NCBI GenBank assembly: GCA_964188305.1 | Contig: OZ076886.1 | DNA length: 64,000 nt | Source of the DNA: Podarcis bocagei | Taxonomy: Eukaryota | Strand: one strand, 5' to 3' | Part shown: in pieces, positions 36,401 through 51,205 of the stretch | Position numbering within the stretch: position 1 is the stretch's first letter | How the letters are laid out: each line of letters starts with the position of its first letter | Made by a program: the position numbers and the translations under genes | Notes under the pieces: model-generated | The model's input: the letters and a program-made list of their open reading frames with translations, nothing else | What the model was told of the DNA's origin: nothing | Databases searched by the model: none

Positions 36401-39400
36401 TGGAAATGATTCAATAACCCATTTCGCAAAATTACTGTAAGGGCCAGTGAGATATGAAATCACAGTGCAAAGCTAAGATTCCATATAAAGTATTAATAAT
36501 AAATGGAAATTACAGATACCTTTGTTATAGATGTGCAATATGCCTTGTGGGTGCCTCTTGAATATGCCTCCTTGTAGCAGTGACTTTGTATGGTGAGTTG
36601 TGCTGTGTTTCCTGGTTTGCCGCGTGGCTCAGGCCCCACTGTATAGTTTCTCTCCGTGTCGCTGCAAGCTGCCACCCCAGGAAATTGCAGTGGCAGCACA
36701 ATTTCAGCCCCAGTCAGGGCTGAATTATGTAGTGAGCAACCAGCATCACCTGGTTTGCTGCGTGGAGTTAACTGCCACACAGAATAGCCTCCGTAGTCCT
36801 ATCACATTGAGAAATGCTCATTGGAGTGCGTTAAGCATCTAGAAAAATGAACTGTTTCTGTCATGGAGTAGATGCATTCAGCACCTTGTTATAGCCCCAG
36901 AGATATAATGACCCTTCATCATTGTCATACTGAAGAGCCATCACCAGTATACTTCATGACAAACAGACATCTGGGCATCTGATCTGTCCAGCTGGAAGTC
37001 AACAGCTGTCATGTGGTGCTAGCCAGATGATTTCCTCTTTCATCCTAAACCTTTAAAATGATATCTTAGCCTTGTGTTGTCTGTTGGTCCATGCTGCTTG
37101 GGTGCACCAGACTGGTGTTTGATCCCTCTAGACAATGTCAACATAGTTAATTAGTTTTCTAATTATTTGAAAAGTTATTTGTAGTTCATATTGAATAGGT
37201 TTTAGGGTGGAATGTGTAGCCAATGGCCCAATCTTTTGTAACTAGATATCACTACAGGTTTACACCTATCATTTTGTGTTACTGCAGCACACTTCAGGGA
37301 GTGGCAAATTTATTTCAAGGACTTAATATTTCCAATGCTCTCCAATGGGTTAACATGTCAAGGAGATGGTTAGTAGCACGTGTTTGCAGGATGCTGACAT
37401 TCTCTTACATGTTGATGTTTGACTGTGTGGGGTTAATGCAAACCTCACATGATAATGAAATCCTTGTTTGGTCTGCCCTCAGACTTTAAAACCCATTCTT
37501 TTAAGCCAGTTCCTTAGAGTCGGATTTCCACATTGAATGATATAATATATGGATATATTTAGTCAGTAAGAATCTCCCAGCTGAAATCACTGGTAATGTC
37601 AGCTGGTAAGTTTCTTCCAGTTACTGCCAGATGAAATCCACTGGCTTGTGTTTGACTAATTTTTTTTCTTTCAGAACGAATTTATTTCTGATTGGAAATG
37701 ATGATAAATTGGTTCCTCTTCTCTTAGGCAGCTTTGTCAATGGTTAATCATCATTGTAAATAGAACTGGATTTCAGTTGCTTGGAAGTAGGTAGTGTGAT
37801 TTGGTGTAGCTAAGAATTTGGCTTACAAACATGTTCTGTTTTCATTCCAATTTAGAGGAAAAGGATGCTTTCAGTGAGATGTGTAACTCCTCCATAGTGT
37901 GCCCAAAAGCACCTGGAGAAGCTATGTTTTGTGGAATTGGCCAACTTTCTACCCCCATGATCTGATTTGCTTTAATATATTGTTTTCTATAACGTGGTAC
38001 TAATATATATTGGTTTTCCCCAGTTACTTTAAAGTTGCAATCATCCATTAATTAACCAGGCTCATTTTAACAGTACACAATCCATGCCAGTCATGCAATT
38101 TCCATTCGTTATTGATTACCTTCCTGTTACACTCCCTGACCATTGAAATATATTGAATACACTGGAATAAACGTATCCAGTAGTTTGCTCAGAGGAGTTT
38201 TGCAAGGTAAGGAGTGAGGTTAATGACACTGTGATAAATGGCATTTCTGAACCATAGAACTACCAAAGACAGGGTCATCATTAAGCCCTGCCTCAAGGCA
38301 GGATCCCACCGATGTAGATTAAGCCACATGATCCCAAACTCATTGTGACACAAGCAGAAAGCAATTTTGAACAGATGCCTTCGAAACATACAGTTTCAAC
38401 TTACTCTAGCATTAGAAAATAAGTTGCATAATACAAAAACATGATAAAACAAGACAAAAGTTGAGGCCACTAGCTAATCTGAATCATGAAGGATTTTTTC
38501 TTATGTCCAAATAGCCATGAACATAAATTGGCATTCAGATGATGGTAGGGATGATGACAGTGGTCTTGGGTGGTCTGATGGGGTTCAGGTGTTTTAGTGT
38601 CAAGATAGAAAGTAAACTGTCTTTAAAATACTAGATTTAATATAATCAAAGAGATTAACCTTGACCAGTTCCATTCCCCCCCCACACACACATTCACACC
38701 ATATCACATGTCAGTGATTGTCCTCTTGTTCTTACTATTCCAAAGCCATTTCCTCCGTCTTGGTTCATTTTATCTGCTGAAACATTGAGCCTTATTCATA
38801 AGTGTTGGAATAAATGCCTCCTTCAGTACTTGTTTTCCACCTTACTGCTACAACCTGAGCTTCATGTTGATTCACCCATTTAACTGGGTTTCTGTCATGT
38901 TGTCTTCTGCTTTGATTATCAACCTCCTTGCTAGCCAGTTCTTCCTTCTCTTGGTTCAGAAGGCATAGGAAACTAGCCTAATCTGCACCCGATGTGCAGC
39001 TTGATGATCCCAACCCAGTTCTTAAAGTAAAAAATATGTCACACTTAAAGGTGTTTGGGCAAATACCTCTCAATAATGAAATAAGGTGTAAGTCTCTCTC
39101 ACACTCTGACACATACATATATTTTTTTGAAACTTTGTGTATTGGTAAGAACTTCCTGAGTATAGTGGCTACTTAGCTAAAGATTAATATGTAGTACACT
39201 GAAAGTTTTTGTGTGTTTTGCATCTCTGGGGATGACAAGGCTACCCAGATCAAGAATAAGAACATAAGAGAACATCAGACCAGTGCTCTACCTAGTCCAG
39301 CATGCTGCTCTCACAGTGGCCCATGGGAAGCCTGTAAGCAGGATGTGACCACAATAGCGCTCTCACCTTCTGCAGTTTCCAGCAACTTATATTCAGAAGT

Positions 39401-39517
39401 ACATTTTCTCTGACAGTGGAGATAATATGCTTTAGAATCTGTGCTAAGATGAGGCTTTCATAAGGGCATGTTATCTTACATTTGTTTCCTGTGGGATTCT
39501 AGTACCTTTCTCTAACC

Positions 39518-39823
39518 CACTGGTTCCCAATTAGCTAATTACTGAAGACCCCCTATTTTTCAAAAACCAAGCCAGGGACCCCCTACTTTTGAAAATGGTG
39601 ATAACTCTATGGTAGTTACCTCTGCAAAGCAATTTTTGAACAAAATGTGGGACAGCCCCTAATAAGCAAAGGATTTAGGTATACTATATAAAAACAACAA
39701 CACAAACCATAAAATTTGGGATATTATCATGCAAAAATGACAAAAAATTAGCTGGGGGGAGGGCAAGGGATGGGTTGTGGACCCCCTGGGTGCATTCTGC
39801 GGACCCCTAATTGGGAACCACTG
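39518..39823. mobile_element. hAT (Charlie-like) MITE
   Basis: TIRs CACTGGTTCCCAA / TTGGGAACCACTG. TSD CTCTAACC / GTCTAACC. Confidence 0.78.
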
Positions 39824-39956
39824 GTCTAACCCTTACATGATACTGGCAGCAGGGTCAAGGGTTTGATGATCCAGTCTGCCATGCCTCATGGTTATGATTT
39901 TAAGGAAGCCGAGGGAAACTCATTTAGAGAGGAGATTATCTGTAAAGCAATTGGTA

Positions 39957-40900
39957 TGTAGACCAGCCATCAACTGTTGCTGCCTCAGTGGCCCTTTGCG
40001 TGGACAGGCGGAGTCCCCAGATCCCGCGCGGTCTCCCCCCGTCATGTGGAATAACGACTCAAGACAACGTGCTGTGGGATTAAATTGGCCACAACTTCAT
40101 TAAATTTCATATGTGGGTAGACCTTGGCTCAGGCATTGGGCCTTCTCCCTCCCCAGTCCCCAACCGGGGACCTAGGGAGCTTCAGGGTTATCCAGTGTGT
40201 GGGGGGGGCGGCTCTGGAGAACATATGTTCAAGCAGAGATAGCCGCCCCCGTTACACCGCCATCGCAGGGGAGACCAATGGCGACCTCTCGGCCTACGGT
40301 CAAAGCCTCCCCTCAGAAACCCCTTTAACGGGGAACTCTGGTATCGCTGCTGCAAAGAGGAAGATGGACAAAAGGATTCCACCCAAGACCTGATACTGCC
40401 AAAGTTGTGACATTTTGCTACGGGAAAGGTGAAATCTGCCAATGCAGGGAAATTCCTTTCCAGCCCTTTAACAGCGACCTTAACGTAGCAGCGCCCGCAT
40501 ACCTGTGAAGAAAAGTTAACCTGCAAAACCTGTGAAGAAAAGTTAACCTGCAAAATAAGACATTAACTGAGGGTGGGTAGGGTGGGAGAAGCTCTGGAGC
40601 CAAGTGAGGATTCCCAGGTAAGATCCTCCCTCTATTGTGTGGGCAGGTAATCCCTCCCCTACCTGGCCTGGTCTCCTTGGCAACGCTTCCCCCAGGTGGG
40701 ATTGGACAACTGACTGGGGTAGGCAGAGACCTCCAGGTATCCCACCTGAGGGAAGGCAAAGCCAAGCCTATGCTGATGGAGCCGCTCCAGATCCAGGGGC
40801 TGCGCGCATCCACACAAAGGGCGCCCCCCGTTTTATGCGGGGAACGGTCATTAGCAGAAAAAACTGTCCTGGACCAGGACAGGAATGGGTAGAGGATACA
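39957..40900. mobile_element. Probable ERV-type solo LTR in SCN8A intron 1
   Basis: CpG-rich block bounded by TGTA...TACA with an imperfect 4-bp TSD GGTA/GGTG. Internal tandem ACCTGTGAAGAAAAGTTAACCTGCAAA x2 near 40501-40555. Confidence 0.55.
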
Positions 40901-41104
40901 GGTGCTCATTCACAGCATTCTTCTCATCCAAATAATGTAATGGACCACATACAAAATAAAGAAAAGTGCTAGGAATACACAACACTGCTATAGCAGCTTA
41001 AGCAACACTCTGTCTAGCCCAGTATCCAAGAATAAGGAGCAACCATTACCAAGTGTTTCAAAGGTTGTCTACAAGGAACAGGAGACAGTTTGGGTAACAT
41101 CATA

Positions 41105-41440
41105 CAGTGGTGCCCCGCAAGACGAATGCCTTGCAAGACGGAAAACTCGCTAGACGAAAGAGTTTTCCGTTTTGGAGGTGCTTTGCAAAACGAATTTCCT
41201 ATGGGCTTGCTTCGCAAGATGACAATGTCTTGCGAGTTCCTGCTGGTTCCCCCCCCCTTTTCTAAGCCGCTAAGCCGCTTATCAGCTGATCCGATCAGCA
41301 GATAAGCCGCTAAAAGCCTCTAAAAGCCGCTAATAGCGCTAATCCGCTAATCCTTCAACGGGCTTGCTTCGCAAGACGAAAAAACCGCTAGGCGAAGAGA
41401 ATCACAGAACGGATTCTTTTCGTCTTGCGAGGCACCACTG
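41105..41440 (+). mobile_element. Tc1/mariner MITE, full length
   Basis: TA|CAGTGGTGCCCCGCAAGACG ... CGTCTTGCGAGGCACCACTG|TA. Confidence 0.88.
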
Positions 41441-43538
41441 TATGTGCATTAAAGTATATTGTGGACTGTGTGCATGCACATGCCACAGTTCTCAAGAATC
41501 ACAGCAAAAGTGTAGAATGGGAGACCGTGTTCAGAATCTAGCTTAATGACAGTGTCAGCTTTCACATCCTTAGGGTTTTGTTTTCGTTTTGTTTTATTTT
41601 AGAAGTTTATAGCCCCAAGGGGTATCAAGATGTTGTGGGCAAAGCCTGCTAAAATCTCAGAAGCCAGAGGGAGGGCTGAATAATTTTCCTGATAAAACTC
41701 AATGCTCTGCATAGATCCTTGTCTCTGCCCTGTGAGCAGTGGACCCAAACGAAAACAGTAATAATTTCAGAAAACTCTATGCAAAGTAAAAATAAATTAT
41801 ACTCATTTGCTCAAACTGCATAATATATAGATGCTTTTTCAAAGGTTGCCTTTAATAGGGATTTATTGAATGATTGAGGAGTACATTCAGCCCTGGTAAA
41901 GAATAATTTCCCTGAGGAAGAATAATTATATTGGACAATAATATGCGTTCATTCATTTTGAAAGAATTGTATGCCACTTTTTCTGCCATAATGGTATTCA
42001 AGGCTACCTAGCAAAGTTTCATTAAAAAACATCATAAACGAAAACGGCAACAAACAAGAGAGCATAGCAACAAATAAAAACACCACCACAAATTTACAAA
42101 CTTCAGAAACCAATAGGTCGTGTCTGCAGTCCAGACTGAGCATGCAGCATGACTGAGACTAAAGCCAAACACCGCAGTAAATTAAGGATGCAGTTCTGTA
42201 CCCACATATCTGGAAGTAAAGCCTTGTTGAACTCAATAGGATTTGCTTTTGAATAGAGAAGGAGGGGATTCTGCTGTAAGCTACCAAAATCAACCAACCA
42301 AAGCCCAAGTAAACGACAAGGTCTTATCCTGGTTCCTATCAGATAGTAAGAAAGGTGTGAGGTAGGTCTCTCTTGGGCACAAAGTCAGGGTGCTGCTACA
42401 GCAAAGGGCCTCTCCTTGGTAGTGACCAAATGGTCCCATCATACCCAATGAAGATGTGGCAGATTTACTTAGCTCTAGCTGAGGTTGATTCTGAAGGAGG
42501 GCAGGCCAGGCCAGTGATTCACCCAAAGACACAGCGAGCAGCCAAGGTGTTCTGAGTTCCCAGGAGCTGTGATTTAATTTCTTTCTTTCTTGCAGCATAC
42601 TGGCATTTCTCTCAAGGCTCAACCCTGCACACCATTTCAGAATTGCTGCTTTAGGATGTGTATGTGCGCGTTATAACTACTTCTACAGTGGCTATATTGA
42701 TTTTAGGGACAGCTGTGCACGCACAAAATGTGTCTCAGGGGACCAGTACAAATTCCAGGGTATGTGTGTGCCAGGTCTATTTCCTTCCCTGATTTGGCTT
42801 CGATTTAATTTATACTGGCTCGTGCTCTGAGCTACAGCTTTCACCCCATTTGCCATCTTAATACTCACGTATGTGTCTGGACCTGTCCAAATATGTCTAG
42901 CCCAAATTAGTTTTAAAATACACAAACTCAACATCTCTCCCAATGAGAATCTCCCTCCCCACATTGCCCTCAATGAGGAGTTGCTGGTTGCTCATGAGCA
43001 ACTGGTTCATTTTTTCCATGTAGGAGCGGAGAGAGTTTGTTCTCCTTCTTTTCATCGTTTTTTCAGCTTCGATACCCATTTGGGAGCAGATGGGCACCCT
43101 GGTGACGTATGGAATTTGTGGGGGAGAAATCCAGAATAGCGCCCAGCATGTTATAAGGCTCAAAGTGTGATTTTTAAGCTGCTTGTTTGAAAGTCAGGTG
43201 CATTGAACTCAATGGGGCTCCCTGCCAAAGTAAGAGAGCAAGATTCTAGATCTTATGGTTCTCATCATAGGCAACTTATAATGCATGAAAACAACTAGTG
43301 GCCTAGGACAGGAGATGTGCATTTCTTTAATCAAAGGTCAGGGGGGCCTAGATGGCCAATACAATGCAGATGGGGAAACATGGGTCAGAAAGTTGCCTCT
43401 GTATATGGATTTCCTTTGATAAGGGCAATTGTTTTTAAGATCGAGCTGTTAGAAATGCTTTGCTTGTGGTTTTGTTCTTGAAGTGGTTGAATAGCCAACT
43501 GCTACAGGAGTAATTGCTAGATACTTCCTGAGGTATTC

Positions 43539-44020
43539 TTTTTTTTAAAAAAAAGATATTTATTAAGGTTTCAAAAAAAAAAGAATTACATGAATTAAAA
43601 AAGAAAGAAAACAAGAAAGACAAAAGTAAAAATAAAAGAAAAAATACAAAATACAAAAAAGATAAAAAAAACTTTAAAAAATACATCAGTCTTTCCATAC
43701 CTTACATTCATTTCCTTGTTTCCCTGACCTCCTCACACCTCCCTTTTTTGTATTCCAATTCAGTTAGTTAATTCAGCAATTTCTTTCCCTCTTTGTTTTT
43801 ATCTTAGTCCTTTAACATAATATATTATAACTTTGGATTCTCACCTGTTAACAATCCATTTTTACATACACCTTTATAACATTGCTGCTTAAACCACTTA
43901 ACTTCATTCTGACATCATTCTAACATTCATTCTTTCAATTTCTTCCAATCTTCTTCCACCGACTCTTCTCCCTGGTCTCAGATTCTGCCAGTCATTTCCG
44001 CCAATTCCATGTAGTCCATC
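43539..44020 (-). mobile_element. L1-clade LINE 3' fragment
   Basis: Minus strand MDYMELAEMTGRI-type terminus, AATAAA and A tail. 20-bp TSD AGATAC(T/C)TCCTGAGGTATTC (43519-43538, 44021-44040). Confidence 0.87.
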
Positions 44021-44155
44021 AGATACCTCCTGAGGTATTCATTCAGCTACTGTGGTTTTTCAGACTATGGGACACATTTTCATGACGTTCTTCCCTAAAA
44101 GTGAGATCTGTTTTTTCTTCTCGTGTTGGGATCCTATTTTAGTATAACATACATA

Positions 44156-44428
44156 CCGCATTGGCCCAAATATAAACCGCACCTGAATATAAGCTGCACA
44201 TTTAAAATTCGGGGGGGGGGGGAGAGAGAGAGAGAAATATAAGACCCAAATATAAGCCTCTCCCTTAAAATTCCGCAGGTACTCACACCCGTTCCGTTTT
44301 ACCGTATGTCTGTTTCAGCAGCGATATTGTAAAAGCCGATTTTTATAAGGTCGCAAATTTAAGCTGCACTTTAACTTTTCACAGTCAGAATTTGGGAAAA
44401 AGTGAGGCTTATATTCAGGCCAATACAG
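44156..44428. mobile_element. pogo/Tigger-type MITE
   Basis: TIRs CCGCATTGGCCCAAATATAA / TTATATTCAGGCCAATACAG with TA TSD. Confidence 0.8.
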
Positions 44429-47318
44429 TATATAGTGCAAGTGATAGGCCAAAAAAGTGATGCGCTCCCAACTTGTCTGAGTCACTGAGATATTGCGGGG
44501 GCAAATGCTGTCCGGATTTTGGTTTCCTTTGGAAAGGAGAAATCACTGGAAGCTGTTTTGTAGTATTTGGGTTATTTACAAATATACAAGCAGAGCATAG
44601 ATGGAGGCAAGCAGCTTATTAAACATTCCTAGTAATGAGGCAACAGATCTGCTGCCTCACATCAAGCCCCCAGAGAGAGTGGGACACAGCACTACCATCC
44701 CCCACCCCCAGTCTGCTTTCACCTTCAACTTGCCCTTTCTCTGCCTCTGTTCCAAATGGCTTTCCCCTTCCCTTTACACGTACAGATCTTAAGTCAGCAT
44801 GCCCTCTCCCCCACTCCAGGAATAGAGAAGGATGAGATGAGTCGCCTTTCCCAAATAGCTGCCACATTTCATGCATTCCCTCTATGGCCTCCCATAAAGG
44901 AGACATCCATTGCGCATCTTGGCCAATGCTATTTCCATCAAAAAAGACATGAGGAAACATGCTAAAGGAGAGTCAGCTTGACTTTTGCCAAGGAAAACTG
45001 GGCTTCACCAGTCTTTGCTGACGATTCCTTAGAATTCTCAACCTCATGGATTGTGGCGAGTCTGTGGTTTTTGATAGACAGACCTTTTTCTGCATGGATT
45101 GTTGAAGAGCCTTTCAGAAGGAATCTCACCATTGGTCCCTAAGAACTGTAAACTGTTGTGGGACCTTATGTGGGACCATTGCCTGGCCAACAAAGATAGG
45201 AACCTAAAGGTAAGGGATAAGGCATATTCAGTTACTAGTGTGGACTTCTTATATATACCTGCTCACTGGCGCGTTGCAGAAATACAGGGTTTCACATGGA
45301 CTTTCTTCTCCTGTAGGACATACAAGAAGCCCAGTCTGGCAAGCATAGGGATGTTGAGGCAGTGGGAGGTGTCCTCTCACACTTCTCACTTGCCGTCTTC
45401 CATAGAACGCAGAGGCACAACGACATTAGTAAGTATTATGGGTTGGATCCAGGTTATTTCGAGTAGACTCACTGAAATAAGTGAGACCAAGACAGTGACC
45501 TAATTCAGTTCTTTTGATTGCTAAGCCTTGATCCAACCCAGTGATATTGTTTTCTATCTACAGAGAATGCAAAAAAAATTATAAACCTTTGAAGAAACAT
45601 TGAGAACACATTCAGCTGCCTAAGACTAGGTCAGACTATCAACTCATCTAGCCCAGGAATGTCCCACAGCAACTCTTCAGATGGTCTTGGAAAGAGTTTT
45701 TGCTGATCTTCTCCTACCTGATTCTTTTGACTTGAGAGACCAGATTTGCATGCAGCATGTGTGTTGCACCACTGAGATATGGCTCCTCCATGGAGATGCT
45801 GATAGTAGAAGATACACTTGACCAATGACTGCTAAAGTCAAAGCACAGCAGTTATGGAATATCATGGACAGAAGAAAGTTGCACAAACAATTCTTTGTAC
45901 AATGGAGCAGGCAGGGGGCTTTAGTGTAGTCAGAGGCAGAGCCCTCGGTCAAGCAAGAGAAACAGATGTGATTCTTAGAAAATGCCTCTCCATGTGCCGT
46001 ACCTAGGTTTCTTCTCTCCCCTACCTCTGCCCTTTCTAACCTTTCTGCAGAACAAGCTGGAGAGTGGCTCCTGGTTATCAGAAAGAATTATTAGGGGATT
46101 CTTGCTCTGTATATAGCCTACAGGAGAAGGGGTTGGTAGGGGATTCCGTGGGAAAGGCATAGTATGATTTAGAATCTGGGTTCAAGTTAGGGACCACTGC
46201 TCATGCAGAAGCCTATAAATAATCTTTTCTTTTTATTGTTGCTTCTCTGCTTTGCAGTTCTGTAACACTAGATACTTCTTAATGCAGACTTATAAATAAT
46301 GGGATTGTGATATCCGGCAATATTTCATTTCTTTTCCTTAAAAATTCCCAGTATAATTTGCATGTTTGAGTGACCATGAATGGAGTTTTCTGATGAGCTG
46401 ACCACAATTATTTCAAGAGATGATCTCCCAGTATCAGTTACCCTTGGAAAGCTGCCTTACATGTGTCAGTACTTTAAGATGATTTTCAGTTATGGTGACA
46501 GCAATAGCAACAAGCTACAGTTGGTGATAACAGTGATGTCGGATCCATACTTTTGTTAGATGAGCAGTCTGTGCCTGGAGTGGAAGTTAAGGCTCATCCC
46601 CACCTCTCAAGTCTTCCTGATTAAACACCCCTTTACATCCCTTCCTGGACACCAGTAGCTCCATCCACTTTTGGAAATGGAGGCCCAATGCCTCCCTTTC
46701 TCTTGCACAGGTGAGACTATTTTTTCCACCAAGCCCAGTACTATCTACTCTGAATGGCAGTAACGCTCCAGGGTTATGAAGAACAGGTCTTTTGTATCAT
46801 GTGAGAGCCTTTTAACTGAAGACATGAGGGAATGAATCTGGGACATTCTGCATGTAAAGCAAGGACTCATAGCCAATCCCACAGAGCTATGGCCCTCATT
46901 CTGCTCCCCCAAGCCAATTTGCATGGGTTTGCTTAGGAAGAGAGCCCAGGACATCTCCCACCCAACATGGAAATAATTCCCCTAGGTTAGGGATAGCCCT
47001 CCAGTTGTTGGGCTTCCCAACTCCACAGCCCTAGCCGACATTGCCAGTTGCCAGGAATAACAGGGACTGTAGCCCAATTGCACCTGCAGGGCCACAGGTT
47101 CCCCTAGTTTAGGGGAATCGTTTGCATTTGGGGGGTGAAAGGTCCTGGGTTCACTTCCTAGGCATGCCCATGCAATTAGGGGAGAGGGTCTAAGCTCAGT
47201 ATGATTGGCAGAAGGTCCAAGCTTCACTCCCTCTCCTCCTCTCCAGTTCAAGGACAACAAGCCTGAGTTTGCAGGGTGCTTGTACCACGCAAGATAGAGC
47301 TGGGCATGAACCCTCCCT

Positions 47319-47372
<54 letters not shown>

Positions 47373-47649
47373 TATTATTTATACCCCGCCCATCTGGCTG
47401 GGCTTCCCCAGCCACTCTGGGCGGCTTCCAAAAGAATATTAAAATACTATAATACATCAAACATTAAAAGCTTCCCGAAACAGGGCTGCCTTCAGATGTC
47501 TTCTGAAAGCCTGGTAGTTGTTGTTCTCTTTGACATCTGGTGGCAGGGTGTTCCACAGAGAAGGCGCCACTACCGAGAAGGCCCTCTGCCTGGTTCCCTG
47601 TAACTTGGCTTCTCGCAGTGAGGGAACCGCCAGAAGGCCCTCGGTGCTG
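47319..47649 (-). mobile_element. L2-clade LINE 3' fragment with (AAT)n microsatellite tail (47319-47371)
   Basis: Minus-strand LAVPSLREAKLQGTRQRAFSVVAPSLWNTLP...FRRHLKAALFREAF. Confidence 0.82.
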
Positions 47650-47964
47650 TAAACATCCACCCTGAAGGCACCAAGACCCTGATAACTGAGGCTTTGGGTA
47701 TGTGTGTCCCCATTCAATCTACAACACAGCACATGCATTCAGAGCACAGAAGCAAGTGTACTAGGTTTTAGTACACACTGTCTCTCCTGTGCCTTGCAGT
47801 GTTTGAAATTAGCCAGGCGCCAGGCGCATTTAGCTCCTGGCTTTCAACCGCTTGCGACCAAATGAAGATGCCTGGGTTCCAGGATGGCGCCTGCCATCTC
47901 CACCATCTGGGGATCGTTGGATCTGGACTGTTTTCACACACTAATGCCCCATCCTGTAGAATTC

Positions 47965-48332
47965 TGTCTATTTTATGTGCACAATCGGGGGGATTTTCTG
48001 GAACCCAATTGCTTTTTCTGTGCAGCCTGAGCAAGAGCAGATACCATTCAGAAAAAGAGGTGGGAATAGGCCAATATATATGTGGACTGTCCCTGGATCA
48101 AGTGATGTTTCTTCTTGTAAGTTCTCAAAGTTCTTAACCTAGCTCAAGGTTGTCGTCTGAACGAGCCAGACGTTTAACTGAGAATCCATCACAGTCAGTC
48201 CATCCTTTGAAAAATAAGACTTGAGAGCCGTCTTGCCCCAAAATGGCAACTATACATTCTGTTTTGGCAACTGCAACCTTTGTTTAAGGAGCCATGTGGC
48301 ACCTAGCTTATATATCTGAGTTTCTAACATTG
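47965..48332 (+). repeat. Low-copy duplicated segment (paralog at 52360-52994)
   Basis: 48081-48332 is the reverse complement of 52360-52837 apart from a MITE insertion. 47965-48080 matches 52883-52994 in direct orientation. Confidence 0.88.
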
Positions 48333-50853
48333 GCTGCCTTGTGTACCCCAAGGTATGCCACTGCCTACTTCTGGGTGTGCTGTCCCTGGGCAAGAGGGAA
48401 GAGGAGAAAGCGGAAGGTAGAAAACCCCTCCCATTTTGCAAGAGTTCGTTTTCTCATCCAACCAGCCCCTTCACTTGCCCTTGCTGCAGATGAGTCTTCG
48501 AGGCACGGATGCAAGGCAGATCACAAAATCCCTTGGCTAAGCAAGAATGTGTCCACTAATAGGCGATAACGGTGGGGGCGACATGAGGTGAACTTACGTG
48601 ATAGGAAGCTGTGAGCACTGTGCTACTTCTAATTAGTGCATTAGGTATGCAGAGGCAGCATGCGAGGAATCACAGGTGGGGAGAGCGCTGTTGTGTTCAT
48701 GTCTTGCTTGTGGGTTTCCAAGTGGCATCTGGTTGGCAACTGCAAGAACGGATGCTGAGCAAGACGAGCCTTTGGTCTGAACCAACAGGGGTCATCTGTT
48801 CCTATGCAGGTGAGGACAAGGGGAGAACATTTGGGGTATCATATGCCTGCTATTTCTAAAAGGGGGAAATACATGGCAGAAGGAGAGAAATAAGGAGGAA
48901 AAGAAAGTATAATGACATACTTGGAGGCTTAGGGTTGGAGCAGGATCCAATTCTAGCATTTCTTTGTGGAATTCTCTGTCTTTGCATTGAAGAAATATAA
49001 TAAAATGGACCTGCCCAACGCACAAAGATGCTGCGAGAATGAATGAAATTGTCTGAGAATATAAATTGCTTTGCCTACTCAAAGGTGTCATAAAAACTAC
49101 ATGTATTAATTTTGTTTAATGAGCATCTAATGTGACACACACAAACACACACAGCCAGCTTAGAGACATGAGTATTTGATCATTATTTATTCTGTGGTGA
49201 AATGTACATTGCATATGTAAGATTCTCCCCAAGGGAGAATTGTAAAACACACACACAGACACTCACACGTGTGTCCTCACTGAAGCATGGATCCGACCTC
49301 AAAATTTTCATCTGTTCATTTATTTTGAACAATGGACTTTTAATTATTGATGGTAATAACTTCATAATGCAGCACTAAATGGACTGTAGGGAACACTTGA
49401 AAAAATAATGTGATGCTGGTAATGGAAGGAAGGCCTTGCTACAGTGCCCTTTTGAAAATTAAATAATTGAAGCAGGCATATACGCAGAACTGTTCATGGA
49501 TAGTGCTTTCCTGAACCCCACAATTCCATCATGGAGGCATCTAGGTAAGCTATCGAACCTTAATCAGCGGTTTTCTAACTCAGCTTCTTAACACATCTCC
49601 TTTACTCCAGTCATAGTGCAGTGCATGGCTTTCTACACTGGTTGTTGCCATAGACCCCAGAGGTGAGAAACCTGTGGCTCTGCAGTTTTTGCTGAACTCC
49701 AATTCCCATTAGCCTCAGCATGGCAAATGGTCATGGATGTTGGGTCCTGTAGTCCAACAACATGTGGTGGACCACAGGTTCCTCATCCATGCCATAGACC
49801 TTTATACGGATTAGCCGCTAATAACTAAAAATCCGGTTTCTCAAAATCAAATCAATAGGCCACATTTTAAAGCCAATAAATTGTGGTCCTTGACAATACC
49901 CATATAGAAGTACCGTAAGTCTCGCTGAAATCAAGAGCGTTTACTTCCCAGTATGCAGCTGTAGGTACGCATACAGAATCTAAACTCTGGTACAAAGATT
50001 GCTGCAAATGGAACATTTTTACTACCTTTGTCTGGGTTTAGGAACAGTCCTTTGGCAAATTCTGGATGTTAAAGCACTACTTGTATGGTGAGACTCAATT
50101 CTTGCTTAACATCCAGATTCTAAATTCATTTCGGTTGGATCCAAGTAACGGCTAATCCACCTACTTTATATATATCTTTAATTGTTAGGGTTTATTGCAA
50201 CTGTATCCTTGCAATCTGATCCCGTTTACTCAAAAGTAAACCCCAGAGTATTCAGTGGGGGCATACTTGCAAGTAAACGCGCATAGGACTGCAGCTGGAA
50301 GCTCCTCTTGTCATAACGTCTTGGATCAGCTTCAGCCAGTGGTGCTTCGGTGTGGAGCCAGGATATTTGGAGACGTTCAGCCTCCTACATTCTTGCTCAG
50401 CACTTAAGGAGAGCCCTGCTGGATTAGACAAAAGCTCCATCAAATCCAGCATCCTGTTTTCCACAGTGGCCAGTCAGATGCATCTGGAATACTTTAAGCA
50501 GGGTATGGAGGCAATAGCCTCCTCTTGCCATTGCTCCACAGGCACTGAAAGGTCTTGTGGACCTATCCTTTTCGGCCTTCTTGATTAATAACGTTCTGCA
50601 GATAAATAATGGCAATACCACTTTGAGATATAGCAGCACCGTCTTTCCTGGAGGACACACAATTAGGTAAATTGGATAAAACTGTATGTGAAATGTGTCA
50701 CTCCTGATAAACCCAAGAAAGGCACCCGCCAGTTAAATACATGCAGCTTCTGACACAATCAAAACCTAGAAACCATATGTCAAGCATAACTGAGCTGTAG
50801 AAAAGACTTTACAACCTGAAAAAAGGACAATGCACAGACTTTTGTAAACCAAG

Positions 50854-51205
50854 GTAAAGGTAAAGGGACCCCTGACCATTAGGTCCAGTCGTGGCCAACT
50901 CTGGGGTTGGGGCGCTCATCTCGCTTTACTGGCCAAGGGAGCCGGCATACAGCTTCCAGGTCATGTGGCCAGCATGACTAAGCTGCTTCTGGCAAACCAG
51001 AGCAGCACACGGAAACGCTGTTTATCTTCCCGCCGGAGCGGTACCTATTTATCTACTTGCACTTTGACGTGCTTTTGAACTGCTAGGTTGGCAGGAGCAG
51101 GGACCGAGCAACGGGAGCTCATCCCATCACGGGGATTCGAACCGCCAACCTTCTGATCGGCAAGTCCTAGGCTCTGTGGTTTAACCCAAGTGCCACCTGC
51201 ATCCC
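50854..51205 (-). mobile_element. Sauria SINE
   Basis: TSD TTTGTAAACCAAG (50841-50853, 51206-51218). Confidence 0.92.
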
